Below, piece after piece: positions 1-14,000 of a stretch of 64,000 nucleotides of DNA. The translations under genes were made by a program, and so were the position numbers. A model generated the notes under the pieces. The model saw only the letters and a program-made list of their open reading frames with translations, searched no databases and had not been told where the DNA came from. The stretch is taken from assembly GCA_000708835.1 (NCBI GenBank), contig DF237006.1, positions 69,817-133,816 on the forward strand, read 5' to 3'. This DNA is from Klebsormidium nitens (taxonomy: Eukaryota; Plantae; Klebsormidiophyceae). Numbering within the stretch: position 1 is the first letter of the stretch; every line of letters begins with the position of its first letter.

Positions 1-134
1 GAAATGAGACCATGGGAGCTTTCTTCCCCGTTTGTGCAGCTTGCAGGTGTGAAAAGGCGCGACTGTGCGATGTGTCCGCTTTGAATATAGCTTCAACCGT
101 CGATCGGTCCACGCGGCGCGTTGGGAAGGACCAA

Positions 135-164
135 TTTTAGGGTTCAGCTTCCAGGATTAGGGTT
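135..164. promoter_or_regulatory. Two telo-box-like motifs upstream of SIP
   Basis: TTTTAGGGTT at 135-144 and TTAGGGTT at 157-164. Confidence 0.35.
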
Positions 165-310
165 CTGAGAAGTTCTGTTGACAAGCTGTACATTGTTTCT
201 GATCTGCCATGCACAGCCTTGAGCAGGCTTGAGCAGGTTCAGCTAGCAGACGGCGCATGGGGGACCCCCAAGGTGCCTGATAGGGGGATCTTAGGAGGTC
301 ACGCTGAGCC

Positions 311-1699
311 ATGGCTGGGCTTGCAGGGGCTGTCGTTGGCGATGCAATCATCACTTTCTCCTGGATGCTCGCCAGCTCCCTTGTTGGCCTTGGTGCAGTG
401 ACGCTCGCCCCTCACCTTCCGTTCATTGAGCCCTACTCCACATTCACAGTTGCAATGACAATCCTATGTGCGCTGCTCCTTCTCTTTGAACCCATTGCGG
501 GGGCCTTAGGAGGGGCTAGCTTCAATCCTGCAGCCAATCTGACTTTCCTGACAGCGGGAGTAGGTGATGAGTCCAGCCTGAAGTTGGCAACCCGGCTGCC
601 AGCACAGGTGGTGGGTGCGGCGACAGGCGCTCTGGCCCTGGTGTACTTGTACCCTGAGGTGTTTCACAAGATTGTGTTGAAGGGCCCAGGTTTGCAGCCA
701 GGAATCACGGTCATGGAAGGTGCGATCGCTGAGGTGAGATCTCGGCTGCTTGCGACGTGCCCACCACCACCAAGCGATAACAACAAAATGCATTCTGCTT
801 GCAAATCCTTGCGCTGATGTGGCCATGATCAACCATCTGAGCGGGAGTTGTTTTTCTCCAATCACAGACATTCGTTACGCCCTAGGCGTTAGCATTGACT
901 GAGGCTTTCGCTTGAAACCCAATTTGCGAATTGTGTCCAGGACCGTGCATGCCCCACGGTGGGACATGCACAACTCTGGTGCCCTGCAAATCTATGAAGA
1001 GTTCTACGTAATTGCAACTTGTTTGACATCCTTCTTACTCAACCAACAGGTGTCCTCCGTGGTTGTAGTCGGACCCAAGTGCACCCAATGTCTGCAGCTC
1101 TGATCTCGTTGTTTTGTCACCTGATTTTCTCGCTGTTTGCAATCATGTGCAGGGGGTTGTCAGTTTCGTGATCAACCTTATAGTGCTCTGGTCCATGTTC
1201 ACACCGCCTTGGAAGGGGTTGGCGGGCATGTTCAAGCACTCTTTGCCGCTGACGGCCACCGTTGCCCTCATCGCGGCTGCGGCATCATACACGGGACCGG
1301 CGATGAACCCTGTGACTGTAAGTGTGGGCAAATGATGTTTGCAAGGATGGGCTTCTGATCCTACGCGCAAAAAGCATGGTGGCATGAGGAGTGAAGGCCT
1401 TTTCCAACATCCTCGAGGTGGAAACTGTGATTGCTTCGGTTGATGAATGGTTTGAATCTAAAAATGCCCCAGTCTAACCTTCCAGGCAATTGTCAGTTAC
1501 TTCGTTGCAAGCCATGCAGATTCTCATGCAACAGCCTTTTCGTCTACAGGCATTTGGCTTTGCCTACCTGGAGAAACGACATCAGACCTACGAACACTTT
1601 GTTGTCTATTGGGCCACTCCCCTTGCTGGAGCTGTTCTTGCAGCCATCGTTTTCAGAATATTCCTGAAACCACAAAAGGAGAAGGTCAAGAAGTCCTGA
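311..1699 (+). CDS. SIP1: SIP-type aquaporin (small basic intrinsic protein), 3 exons: 311-733, 1153-1317, 1550-1699
   Basis: Hydrophobic helices, GGASFNPAANL (first NPA box), YTGPAMNPVT|AFGFAY (second box), HFVVYWATPLAGAVLA and a basic tail KPQKEKVKKS*. All introns are GT-AG and the frame is preserved. Confidence 0.9.
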
Positions 1700-3120
1700 C
1701 GTGCCAATGTATCTTTACGGAAGAAGATGTAATTTGGGCGTCAAACCTTATTGTCAAGGTACAGTTGTTCGAGGTTATGTGTTCCCTTGGTTGCAGTCTC
1801 CTTGGCCTTGTACGACACATGTAAAGACATTGAACGGCTAGTCAAAATGTTACTTGCACACTCTTGAGGCGAACTCACCGACGTACTGCTGATGGACGCG
1901 TTTTGGAAAACGCAACGTTTGCAAACCTGTTATATCGTCTTGCTCTCAGATGTCGGGGGTAAGCTAGGGCAGCTGGATAGGTTGTATATTCCTCATGCAA
2001 TCGACAGCCATACTGGATGTTGACAGGTTTAGAACACTCGCAGAGTCGGACGCACCAGTGCCACACAGGACGAAAAAGTTGTTGCACGTTCAGTTAAGGA
2101 TTTGAATATCAAGAGTACGCGTTGAAATGTTTCAATTGCAACCGCCCCTAAAGATCAGGACGGAAGTATGTCCCATACGAGTTGGCGCAAATCAAGGGGA
2201 GACTATACTACCACATGTGGCCCTAATCAACTCGATCTCAATCAGCAATGCTTACTTGTGTACAGTCTTAGAATATGCGGGGCTGCTGGGCGCAAGCATG
2301 TGATGCGTCGATGTACATATCCTGGAGAAATTGACTGTACTTTCGAAACCAGCAAAATTGCATGCATGCAGAAGGGTCGGACCCTCGATATATGTATGGA
2401 TGATCTTATATAGCCTCCATATGTGTATGTATGCGCGGGTGCCGCAGTACGTACCAACGCCGAACGGTCATAAAACTACAAATTAGCCTCTGGCCGCGCC
2501 CGCGGCTGCAATTCCGGCGTATACAAAGTTGGAGCCCCGGCGATCATTTATAAGATATAACAACCACATTACATTGCACAAAAGTATATATGTAGCCCGC
2601 AGCTTATTAAGCGACGTACTCGACTTTGCGAATTTCGAAGCTGCGCCATAAATGATCGATAACCAACGTCTCGTGTATGACAACATATGGACATGTTTGA
2701 ACAAGGCAAACAGGATACCTATAGGACGCCCTATAGATGGATATCACGTGCGATTGTCAACGAGCTCGTTGGCCGGACCATGCTTAAGCACGCACGCTCA
2801 CAGATTGCGCCTGCTCCGTAATCAAGAAGACTCGGAGCCCCAGATTCATATTGACGCGGACTGCATGCGAATCGGTGACCCCTGACAGCAAGATAAATGC
2901 GTTTTGCGAAGTATCGAATGATGTTCAAGGAGTATCAAGCGGAAGTAACATACAGCATGCCCTTTGATTGCGATAACCTAATGCTATAAGATGTCTTTTA
3001 TCCAGTCTTTCTTCATCGAAAAAATCTGTACACTAAGTCTTATCGAGCTGCAAAATGCTTCAAAGAAACCGACTAAAAGTTCAGACTTCGAACGTGGTAA
3101 CGTTGTCAGTAGAAGCCTTG

Positions 3121-5506
3121 CTAACTGCCCCTGTATGTGGTGTACGAGTAAGGAGAAAGAATGAGCGGCACGTGGAAATGCTCGCGTGTCTGCGACGGCT
3201 TTACCTCAAAGACGATATCCACTTGTGGATAAAAGCCCCCGTCTGCGCCCACCCGACCCGGATCCCCCCTGTCCGCTTTCGTCATATTCTGGAGGTACGC
3301 TCCCGTCTGGAAGCGCAGCTTGTACATCCCCGCCGCAACGTGGTCTGAAGCGGGCAACAAGCCGATCACCCGGCCGTCAGCATCCGTAGCCCCCTTTCCC
3401 AAAGATTGCCACGTGTCTCCCGTCAGCCCCTCTAGGTCGACTGCCACTCCCTTCGCCGGTCTGCCGTGAGACAGATCCAGGACATGCGTGGTGATAGGCG
3501 AGCGCAGACCGGCCGCTCCGGCTGCTGTTGGCTGCATCGACAGTCGATGTGGCTCGTGATCCGGAAACCCGCTAGCTGCCGTGGGCTCGCCATGCTTCGC
3601 CCTCTGGTCTTCGGCCAGAGCTCCCCCCGGGCCCCGCCCCGCAGTCAAGTGATTCTCAATCTGTGCCAGTCTGCCATGAGCACCCCCCCTCATATTCAAA
3701 CCACTTCCGACTGTCTCGCTAGCCCCCCGTTGAGGTTGGGGCCAGGGCGCACGTGTTGCCAACTCGTCAACACTATGCGAAAGCGCAGCCATTGGAGTTG
3801 ATTCAAGGGAGGTCCTTGTGGAGGACTGCGTGGCTTCGTCCGAGTTCGAATTCAGAAGCTTCTCAAGACGAAGTTCCGTAATCTTCTGCTGCTCTACCGC
3901 TGCGATACGGATCTCGTCATGAGGGCAATTCGAGAAGCGAGCCTGCAGGTGGCCAAAAAGGTGGCCAAAAAGTATCAGAAAGGATCATCGCTGCTTCAAG
4001 GATATCTCAAGGGGGAACGGGCTAGAGCGGACAATATAGTTTCAGTTCTTCAGAAGTAAAAGCCTGGATTCGACACAATCAAGCAACTAATGAATGCTAA
4101 TTGGCTTCGAAACTCAGTCAGCTTGCAATCAAGGCGAAACAACACCAATTCAGAGACCTCTTCAGATAAAGTTTCAAGACTAGATCAATAGTGGCAGGAA
4201 CCAGCACTGCACCTGGAAGACATCACGTGTAATCTGTAACGAAACAAGGCAGGTTGGCTTGCACGTACCTTGACTGCTTCCAGCACCTCCCCACTTGTTT
4301 TTCCAGAAGCACAGATGAGGAAAACATGACCAAACTTGTCCTCGTAGTTCTTATTCCACAGAGCGAGTTCCTGCAAGCAGCAAGGTCCATTCTCAGTCCT
4401 GAATGGAGAATTCAAAGATAGCTGAGTACCACAAGCCACAAGGAAGCAGTCGCTAGGCGCAGTGTCTGGAGTCGAGGCGCCCCATCCTTGGGTTTGACAG
4501 TGAACGAAGGTGCGCTGATGACATCTGCTTAGCGAGGAACACTCGTTCTATGACAGGGCCGAGTTGACGAATTTCTGGATAAAAAGACTTGACATAAAAG
4601 AGGTATTTGCAAGACCTTTTCCTCATCAATGGACTACGAACAGTGCGAGAGGAAAGCCAAACAGCCCTTTATCTTCTTACCTGTAACACGCTTTCGTTTG
4701 CGCTCGCTAAAGCAGCACCCTGCTCCCCCTCAGAAAACCTGCAAAAAACTTCAGAACTTCAACATGCGGAATGCTTGATTGATTGCACAGAGTAAAGCCC
4801 CCATGAAAACAAACAGGATTTGCGACATCCATTGATTAAACTGTCGACTTCTTAAAGTCGATCTGACCTGAAAAATGGTGCGGTCTTTTCAGCCCAGGAC
4901 GCCTGCAGGCTTCTGTCCATCTAAACTCAGATAGGAAGAATATAAACGTACTCTGCAGAAGCCCCAAACTTCTCTCGCAACCCGCTCACGTCCCCTATCC
5001 GAGGATGGCCGCCAAATGCTTCCAACCAGGCAGGTATGCCCACCTGAGAAGTAGTCGTGTTGACAATTGACACCACCAGTTGATACAAGTGTAGCACAAT
5101 GCTGGAACCAGAGGTATATCACGGACCAGACACATTCCATGCTTTAGGCAAACATGCAAACAGATGTGGTCTACACAATGGAACATTGCTTGAAAAGCTG
5201 CCACAATCAGGAAATCAAAGCCGCACATCAACAGAGTATCCACCAGAAGGACCAGAGGTACCAAACATCACCTCTTCCTTCCTTTCCAGGGCAGCTGCTA
5301 GCTTAAAGCCGAGGGTAGATTACCTGATTCAGCCACACATTCCGAGCGTGCTGTACCAGATCGACGTAGTTCTCAAATGGCCTTGCCTGCGCCACAAGCT
5401 GTGCAAATTGTGCACTGTGGCAGCACTTCCGGAGCGCGTCAATTGCTTCACCAATTCCGAGGCTATTGAACCAGGCAATGCTGGGATACAATCCGATGGG
5501 CTCCAT
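3121..5506 (-). CDS. TTL: Bifunctional OHCU decarboxylase / 5-hydroxyisourate hydrolase (transthyretin-like protein, allantoin synthase). Exons approx. 5506-5324, 5044-4949, 4739-4681, 4373-4269, 3942-3121
   Basis: Decarboxylase motifs WLEAFGGHPRIG, SEGEQ, NYEDKFGHVFLICASGK, EQQKITELRL. HIUase motifs SPITTHVLD...GRP, TDADGR, HFHVPLILSPYSYTTYRGS*. Internal PTS2-like RLAQIENHL. Confidence 0.93.
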
Positions 5507-5960
5507 TACAAATTCACAGCATTCCGTGCACCAGAAGAAATGTGACAGCAAAACGGATTGATGTGCATGAACCCAACCATGAGGCGGTCAAGCTATCTCC
5601 ACTGGCAAGAACACTTCGAAGTTCTCCACACACTCAAGAGAGTTCTGCAAATGTTATACTAAAACAGTAACAGGGCATTCTGAGGCAGCACGACTTGACA
5701 CCACGTATTTCTCATGTGCTACTCTATAATCTGCATGCCGAAAGATGGTGTGAATCTGTGATGGTGTCATGAGACTTTCGGATGCTCGTCCGAGTGGGCA
5801 AGCAATGTGTGAATCCCGTCGACGTCAGCGTGCTGCCTGAGGCTGCCAGTGCTGGTGAGCTGATCAGATTCGTTTGTACCTAGCCAGCAATCGTGCTCAC
5901 AAAGTATCACAGGCGTCTCGAATCACTGCCGGTTGCTGCGCCCAAACAGATTGATCCAAG

Positions 5961-8900
5961 ATGGCCATGGCCGCTGCTTCCCGCACGGTGGTCAACTCCG
6001 TTCCTTGCTGCGGGCCAGTTGGGCCTGATTCCAAGTTGATGGGCGGGCAGAGGCTGACGCCGCTGTTAGGCAGGACCAGCTTGGAAGATGCCACCGGTGT
6101 CAACTTTGTGAGACACCTCGTGGGTGGCGCGGTCAAAAGTGGTAATGGTGGGAAAGGTGTGCAGCAGCTCCGGGTTAGCGCAGTAGCCTCCACAGAGGCA
6201 GCGCCACAGACCAAAGTGTCACCAGGTGGTGGTAAGTCTGATGCTTCTACGCCCTCAAGCGGAGCGGTATTGAAACATTTCTCTTAGTATGTTTTTAAGG
6301 AACTGTTGTTTCAGTAAGTGTTTCTTAAAATACAAATTCACCACTGATCAAGTGAGCTGTTATATAGTTTCTAGTGGCATGCCTTGGTTTTACGATGGCT
6401 TCACCACGTGATCAGTTGTGTGCCTGATCATATTATGCTTTTGCGTTGAGCTGTCAAGTATCTTTTGTGTTTCTTCCTTTTGATGGGTGGTGGTGAGCTC
6501 GCTAGTTCCGTCACAGAAGATAAATTTGTCTTGAATGTTTTTCTGCTGATGGGGCACATCAATTGGTCTTTGGTTTTTGACCTTTCCTCGCTAGTCATCA
6601 TCAGTTTTCCTTTACGTCTTACCACATTCATGTCAACCGTCCCTTTTCAGAACTGCCAGTAATGTGGGTTGTTGAAATATTTATTGCTGGCCTCAACGCA
6701 TGTACGTAAACTGAGGCAATTTTGAAGCAACTTTTTTGAGTGTTTTAGACAACACCGCTGGCCTCATCGTGAACCCAGTTCTGGGCACCCATCTATCAGA
6801 TTACCAGCTTTTTCCTGCCCGCCTCACATGGCGCCTGCCTGCCGTGCAGTGGAGAAGACGGCTCCTTTCCCCGACCTGCCCCTGTCTGAGCTTGATCCCG
6901 AGGTGGCGTCCATCATTACAAGGGAGAAGGACCGCCAGTTCCGGGGGCTTGAACTGATTGCCTCTGAGAACTTCACGAGCAAGGCGGTGATGCAGGCGGT
7001 GGGGTCCTGCCTGACCAACAAATACTCAGAGGGGCTGCCAGGGAAAAGGTGAGCCAGGTCGCTGCGCTTGAACACTTTGGGGCTAAAGATTTCTGATCTG
7101 CGTCAATCCAGCGAGTTTCTCAGTACACGTTGATTATACCCTATGATCTTTGAGTATTGAGTCATCTGGAAATTGCTGCCATCTGGATACCACCTACCAT
7201 CGCAGTGTCTCATTAGTTATACATCTGTGCCACTGCTGAGCGGTGGCAAGTACCACTCGAGGCGAAATGGGGATTCAAGCGGTTGAGATCTGAGATGCAT
7301 CGCGGGTATCCTCTAGGTATTATGGTGGCAACGAGTTCATCGACGAGAGCGAGGTGCTGTGCCAGCAGAGGGCCCTCGCCGCCTTTGGCTTGGACCCCAA
7401 AGAGTGGGGTGTCAACGTGCAACCTCACTCTGGTTCTCCCGCTAACTTCGCTGTCTACACCGCCCTCCTGCAGCCGCACGATAGGATCATGGTAAGCACC
7501 TGTGCACGGTCAAAACGAATCAATACAAAATCAGTGCTTTTCTGTTGTGGCATTGCTTCGTATCTTGTCCGCCAGTCGTTCAAGAGAAACGACAATGCAC
7601 AAGGTAGATACCGGCAGGTGCCTAAAGTGACAGGCAAGCCACAGGGTAGAAGGAGTTTCTCTGGCGAAAGTCCATTTTATAAATGGGACGCCACCGATTT
7701 TTGCAGGGACTAGACCTGGCGCACGGAGGCCATCTGACGCACGGGTTCCAAACTCCGAAGCGGCGTGTTTCAGCCACGTCGGTGTACTTCGAGTCAATGC
7801 CATACCGGTTAGATGAGTCGACGGGGCTGGTGGACTATGACACGCTGGAGAAGAACGCAGCGCTCTTCAGGCCGAAGCTGATTATTGCGGGAGCAAGCGC
7901 ATATGCCAGGGACTTTGATTATGCTCGCATGAGAAAGGTGAGGGCTTGTCAAACATCCTTGAACTCTTAATTGACAAAGCAAAGGGCTGTTAAGAGCTCT
8001 GCCTGCGGAGTCCGGTGGACAGGTCCGCCATACGTACAATCAGCGTATGTGGTTGCGCTGGTTCAGCATGGAGTTGATCACACAGATACAGATATGGAAC
8101 TCAGTCAGCGGTCGCTCTTTTCGCACCAGCTTTGCTGCCTCCAGTGCTTGTGTCTCCCTCCAACTTGGCTAATCCAGTGTTGAGATAAAAGAAAGGGAGA
8201 AAAAGGTGGTAGCCCCCTTTGAAACTCAGCGAGCCTCGTGTTGGTCCTCAGATTGCGGACAGCATCGATGCGTTCCTGATGGCGGACATGGCGCACATCA
8301 GCGGCCTGGTGGCGGCGGGCGTGGTGCAGTCCCCCTTCCCGCACTGCCACATCGTGACCACCACCACACACAAGTCGCTGCGGGGGCCCCGCGGCGGCGT
8401 CATCTTCTTCCGCAAGACCGAGCACAATGGGATCAACATCGAGACGGCCATCAACCAGGCCGTCTTCCCGGGCCTGCAGGTGGCTATCCATCCGTGGTGC
8501 TCCCTGCCATCGAGGACAAGGACTCATAGAGAATTGCTTCTTGTCCACTTGTCTTTTGTCCTTCCGTACACTCGGTTGGCCCATAGCTACATGAGCCCGT
8601 TCGAGGATTCCGTGCCCTGGAAGTGAAGGTGTCGCACCCTAGGAGGTTTTTCAAGCATGCTCGAGGAGTGCTTCATGATCTCACTTTCAAGTCGTTGAGT
8701 TCTTAAAAGTATCGTCGCGGATATAGATGGCTGGGCTTTTCTGCTTTCGTCAGAGCCACGAATCTTCCCTCCGCTTCCAGTAAGGAGGTTGCCAAGTACA
8801 GCTCGTCAATCGATTTCCGGACGACGTTTGACGGACCGTTGATGTCCTGCTTCCTGGCAGGGCGGTCCCCACAACCACACAATCGGCGGCCTTGCCGTGG

Positions 8901-10073
8901 CGCTGAAGCAGGCGGCCACTCCTGCTTTCAAGGAGTACCAGCGGCAGGTGGTCGCGAACAGCCGGGCGCTGGCGGGGCGGCTGCTGGAGCTGGGCTACAC
9001 CCTCGTGTCGGGGGGGACCGACAACCACCTCGCGCTCGTCGACCTGCGACCAAATGTGAGCCACGGACTGAAACCTTCATCCGCTCGCTGTATCCATGGA
9101 TATTCGTGCGAGGCCGTGTGTTTGAGCACACTACTACCTTACCGACAGTTGAAGCCCTAGTTCTCCCCGCTTGAACTTCGTGTGTTCGTGCGACCGGCGA
9201 GATGTCTTCCGCCATCGCGTACTCCTCATGCATCTACATCCCGCGACCAAACGGTACACATTTCACGGCGTTATCGCCCAAGGAAGCGGAAATCAACGTC
9301 TGCTGCGTTTGCAGGGCATTGACGGCGCGCGCGTGGAGAAGGTGCTGGACCTGGTGTCCATCACGCTGAACAAGAACAGCGTGCCGGGGGACAAGAGCGC
9401 TGTCACCCCGGGGGGCGTGCGCATCGGCAGCCCCGCGCTGACCACGCGCGGCTTCCAGGAGGACGACTTCGTGCGCGTCGCGGAGCTCATCCACGAGGGG
9501 GTGCAGCTCACCATCAAGGCCAAGGCCAGCTGCCCCGGACCCAAGGTCAGTGCACCATACGCAGGCTGGGGGGCGAATCACAGTGCGTGCGGAACAGAAG
9601 AGTTGTACTTCTCGTTATGCTCCATGCGCTGTGAGAAGCGATTGAGTTGTGTGGTTGAATGAGTTGTGTGTTGGTATATTAGTGAGAAGCTGGAACATCG
9701 TGCATGCATCAGTCCCAGCATCATGTCTGTAAGATACACTTCACCACCTGTTCAACAGAATTTGGCTGTCAGCCGGAATACAGCAGAGACGTATTTCTGA
9801 AAGTCATCTTCCGCATTGTAAGCGGGGTTCTTAGGTGCAACCAAAGTACGTCGTGTAAAAATGTGGGGCTCCGGCCAAACTAAGACAAGCCACTTTGTGT
9901 AGAATTCCAGCATTGCGGTCTGCTATTTGCCTGCTGATGTGACGCCTTCTGACCAGGTGAAAGACTTCCTGGAGTACGTCGATTCCGACAGCTTCAGCGA
10001 GAGGGCAACGCTAGAGGACTTGAAGGCAAGGGTAGAAGCGCTGGCCACGCAGTTCCCAATTCCTGGGGTATGA
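5961..10073 (+). CDS. SHM3: Serine hydroxymethyltransferase, plastid type (SHM3-like), multi-exon with N-terminal transit peptide
   Basis: [23 protein letters not shown]|[22 protein letters not shown]-lysine motif [30 protein letters not shown]-terminal QFPIPGV*. The first exon (5961-6231) is Ala/Ser/Arg-rich like a transit peptide. Confidence 0.95.
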
Positions 10074-11026
10074 AACTGGAGCCAAGCCAAATTGGAAGCA
10101 GGTTGTCTATAAACGATTCGAAAGATGAGAGGTACAGTTGTAGCGTCAGATAGGGCATTTATAACCAAAAGGTTCGATTACATGCGCTCTTCCGAGTTTA
10201 GAGACGATCCGACGCGTCAATAAGGAGCCGCCTGTTTGAGCTTAGCATGGCGCACCACCGCGTCCAATCACGACAATCTCAGGTTGATGTCTCCCTCGAT
10301 CCGTAAGTTTCAAACATAGCGAATCAACGTATCTGTACATTATTTCCTTTGGTATCTCAGCGTGGAAGGCACACTCAGCACATAGTCACGACATTCGCCC
10401 TGGTCTTTCTCATGGCTGTGCACGCCAGAAACCCGTGGTGGAGGAGTGAGTATGGTCATTGCTGTTTCAATTCCTATATTTAAATGGCACATTTCACGAC
10501 GTCCCTCTGTACGCGTGCAAGACAGTAATACACTTCGTCTACTTCTGTTGGTTTGGACTCATTGAGCCAGGTCCGCATGCATAACAGCCACCTTCCTCTG
10601 CGAGACTCCAAACCTGATCAAACTTCTCCGACCAATGATAGGCGAGCTCATAAAAAGCTACGCTTGCCTCCATTCCGCAATACAAGCTCAAGCCAGTGCG
10701 ATGCACACACTTTCGCCTGAAAGAAGCCTCAACAATCTCCGCTTTGCGCGTATGCAACAAGCAGATCTGAAAGATGGAAATCCATGGACACAGGATAGCC
10801 AGCGACTGCAGAATGCAAGCTGGAAGCTCGAAGCCGCCCATCATGGCGCACCGCGAGAAGGAAAATGTCACAAGTTGGAAGTACAGGTGTGCCACTTGGG
10901 TGGCAGAACGCATCGGTGTTTGTGCCCAACACACAGGTCAACAAACCGTCAATCCCCACGGCCAACAACTGCCGATGCCAGACTATCTATCTTGGGCCGC
11001 AGCCATGTCTTGTTTCGTTTTTCCTA

Positions 11027-14000
11027 TCACGTCGCGACTGGGTGTCCTTGCAGCTTGGCGATCTGCTCTAGGGCGTACTTGGATTCGCCCGCCCAGCTGA
11101 CGGGCTGCAGGCTCCGCACCGTGATCCGCTGCCGCTTTTGGTCCATGTACTCCTGCACCCAGAAGCCCATGAGAAAGCGTCGAAACAACGACCTCGCAGA
11201 CCACGAGCAAAAACCAATTTATGGAACCCTTCCTTTTATCCTCGTTTCGGAATCTCAGGACTGAAATACCCTCACTTAAAGCTCCACAAAGACCGCCTCA
11301 AACAAGCGCCTCTTGTCAACCTTTCCGAAAAGGAACTTCAACCCTCCGCCCGAGCGAGAAGTATTTTTGAACGTTGGAACAGGAACTGTCTGCGGAGCAA
11401 AGTGAGCTGGCCCGTACCTGTACTGTCACGCTCAACCGTGCCACGTGCTCCTTCCAGAGGGCCCCCTTGAGCGCCTCCTCATACTTCTTCTCATCCTGCA
11501 GGCTCGAACAATCGAAGTGAACCCTCTTTCACGAAACCCTTGAAACACCACTTACAGAACAAGACAGTCATCAGCACATCGAAGACCAGGAACCAGGATC
11601 GGATAGCATTGTCTGAGACGGCTTTCTCGTCTCTTTCTTTCTCAACAACTTCTGAGAGCCAAGTTCTGTTTTGGGGGAATGGAAGCCGCTCAACGGACGG
11701 CGCATGCGAACGTACCTGGTCCTTGATGTCCGCAAGCTGGTCGGCGGGCATGCCCAGGAGCGCCTCCGCCTGCTCATTGAACACCGACACCCACGCCTCG
11801 CCGCTCGAGTCGCCCACCTTCACGCTCACGATGTACCTGCGGCGCAACGAACGCAGGACGTCTCTCAATCGCGCCTCTCAGCTTTGTCAACATCTGAGAA
11901 AAAGTGGGCTCTCAAACAACAAAGCCCGACCGCTCAGCGAAGGCAAGTCTTGGCAGCTGAGCGAACCATGATGGCATCGACGACTTCCCGGAGACACCCA
12001 AAAGCCAGGGATAAGAGCCGGGGTAGATTTCTCACCGGCGCTTGAAGGAGTCGTATTCCTTGGAGCAGCCCTCGCACCACCAGCGGTTGCCGCCGCTGAC
12101 CTCGGACACCTTCTTGGTGCAGCTGGGGCAGGCCAGGTACCACATCGCCTGGTCCGGCTTCAGCCACGTCGTCGAGCAGCGCACATTGAAGTACTCCATC
12201 TGGCAGGTAAGAGGGGAAGAGTGAGACGACAGGCAATTGAGCAAGGGAAGGGAAGCGTGCAGCAGAATCTAGAGACTGAAATACGAGCTGGACCTGGCAA
12301 CCAACTATCAGAGAAAGAGAGCAAGACAACGCCGTCCGGGAATTTGATGGCCTCAATAATATGTTGATTGCTTTGTGCGGAAGAGGCATGAGGTCACGAG
12401 ATTCTGAGGGTCGAAAATCAGCACCACAACGATAAGAGATGCGATTTCCACCACGTGCTCACCTTTCCGTCCCCCACAGTAGGTTCGGTGACCTCTTTCA
12501 GGAAGGCCCGATCATCGTAAATCGACCTTGAGCCGCCGGCACCCTTCGAAGCAGATGCAAGCCCCGCGCCTGCTGATGTCAGCGCCGCAGTTTTTCCTTC
12601 ACCGTCATACCTGCGACAACAGTTTCGAGTTTGCTTTTTGAAAGTGCTGGGCAATAATTTAGCGCGATTCCATGCTTCTGAAAGGCGGAGTGGAAGTCTG
12701 CGGGTGGGCGCTCGAAAGGACAGTGCGAGTCGGCATACGGCAAAGGGGATTCCGATGCATGTTGAAACAGTGCACATGGCGCCGGGGCGACCAGTTGCTG
12801 GGCCAGAGTCGCCTCAGCTCGTTCAACTAGGAGGCTTACCATTTCCGGATCGCTTGTGTCTCAGGAAGGTCAGGGTTGATTAGAACCAAGCTCCGGCCAG
12901 TGGTGGAGAGCGAGACACCTGCAGACAACCAGCGAGATTACCCTGAGGCACGTGTGAAAGAGAGCCGCGAATCCAGGCGTACTTAAAAGCAGCTCGAAGT
13001 AGTGAAGGCTTTGAGGAAGAGGTACTTCAATATACTTATCTCTAATTCCCATAGGTCCCAGACATCAAATAGAGTTCACACGACTTTAGCCCTCATTCGT
13101 TCAACTGGTAACATTCTTCCTACGAGATGGAGGCAGGGCTCGGATTTGAATCCTGTCTCCTTGCAAACCCATTGCCTCCTGCAGTGGCTCACCCTGGTAG
13201 TCGCCCACCCGCAGTGAGCGCACAGCAATGACGGGGGCAGAGTCTTGAAGGGCCTCCAGCTGGGCACCCTCCTCCAGGGCCTGTTTACCCCACAGGGTGA
13301 CAGCCACCGTCTTCTCACTGCACATAAAACCTTCTTCACGTCAGAGAGTGGGGAGGGGAGAACAACTCGGTTCTCTCTTGCAAACAAACGTGAGAGTTCA
13401 AGTGCATCGCTTAAATTACATCAAAAGCAAATGCAAGTTCAATCGCGCCTGAAATAGATCGCGGCTCTTCTGCAGAAAAGGTACCCCACCCACCTCTGGT
13501 CTGCCAGTGTGATCTCCCGCTTGGTCAATTCCTCTCCGTTGATCTTTCTCCTGATGGACGTGGTGGGAGCGGCGGACTTTAGAACGCCCACCACATCGAT
13601 CAATTCCCTTCCCCCAACATACGGACCGAGTGCATCAAAGTGGACGAAGTTGTACTTGGCGGTGGGGATGGAACTTGGGCTCCCAGCGGTGTCCTCTACC
13701 TCCTCCACCTGCAGCCGGCTCGCTCCTTTAGTGGTGATCGAGCAAAATTCTGACTACCAGCTAAGACAAAACGGTGAAACAGCAGATTGACCCTGCCAGA
13801 ATAACTCCACACTCGTTAATGAGGCATAAATTCCATTGCATAGCTGCTAGCTTACCCGAGAATTGGCTCCCAGATTGAGCTCGTACTCGTTCTTGACGGT
13901 TGAGAATTTCCGGTTGGCCATCTTGAGCTGCCCACCAGAGATGTAGTACACCTGGGAAAGAAGGTAACTTGTCAGAGGTGGCGGGAATTCTGCGACAACC

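Noticed and set aside
2756-2773. 14-bp perfect palindrome CAACGAGCTCGTTG in the SIP/TTL convergent gap
   Set aside because: Isolated, with no TIR/TSD or repeat context to support an element.
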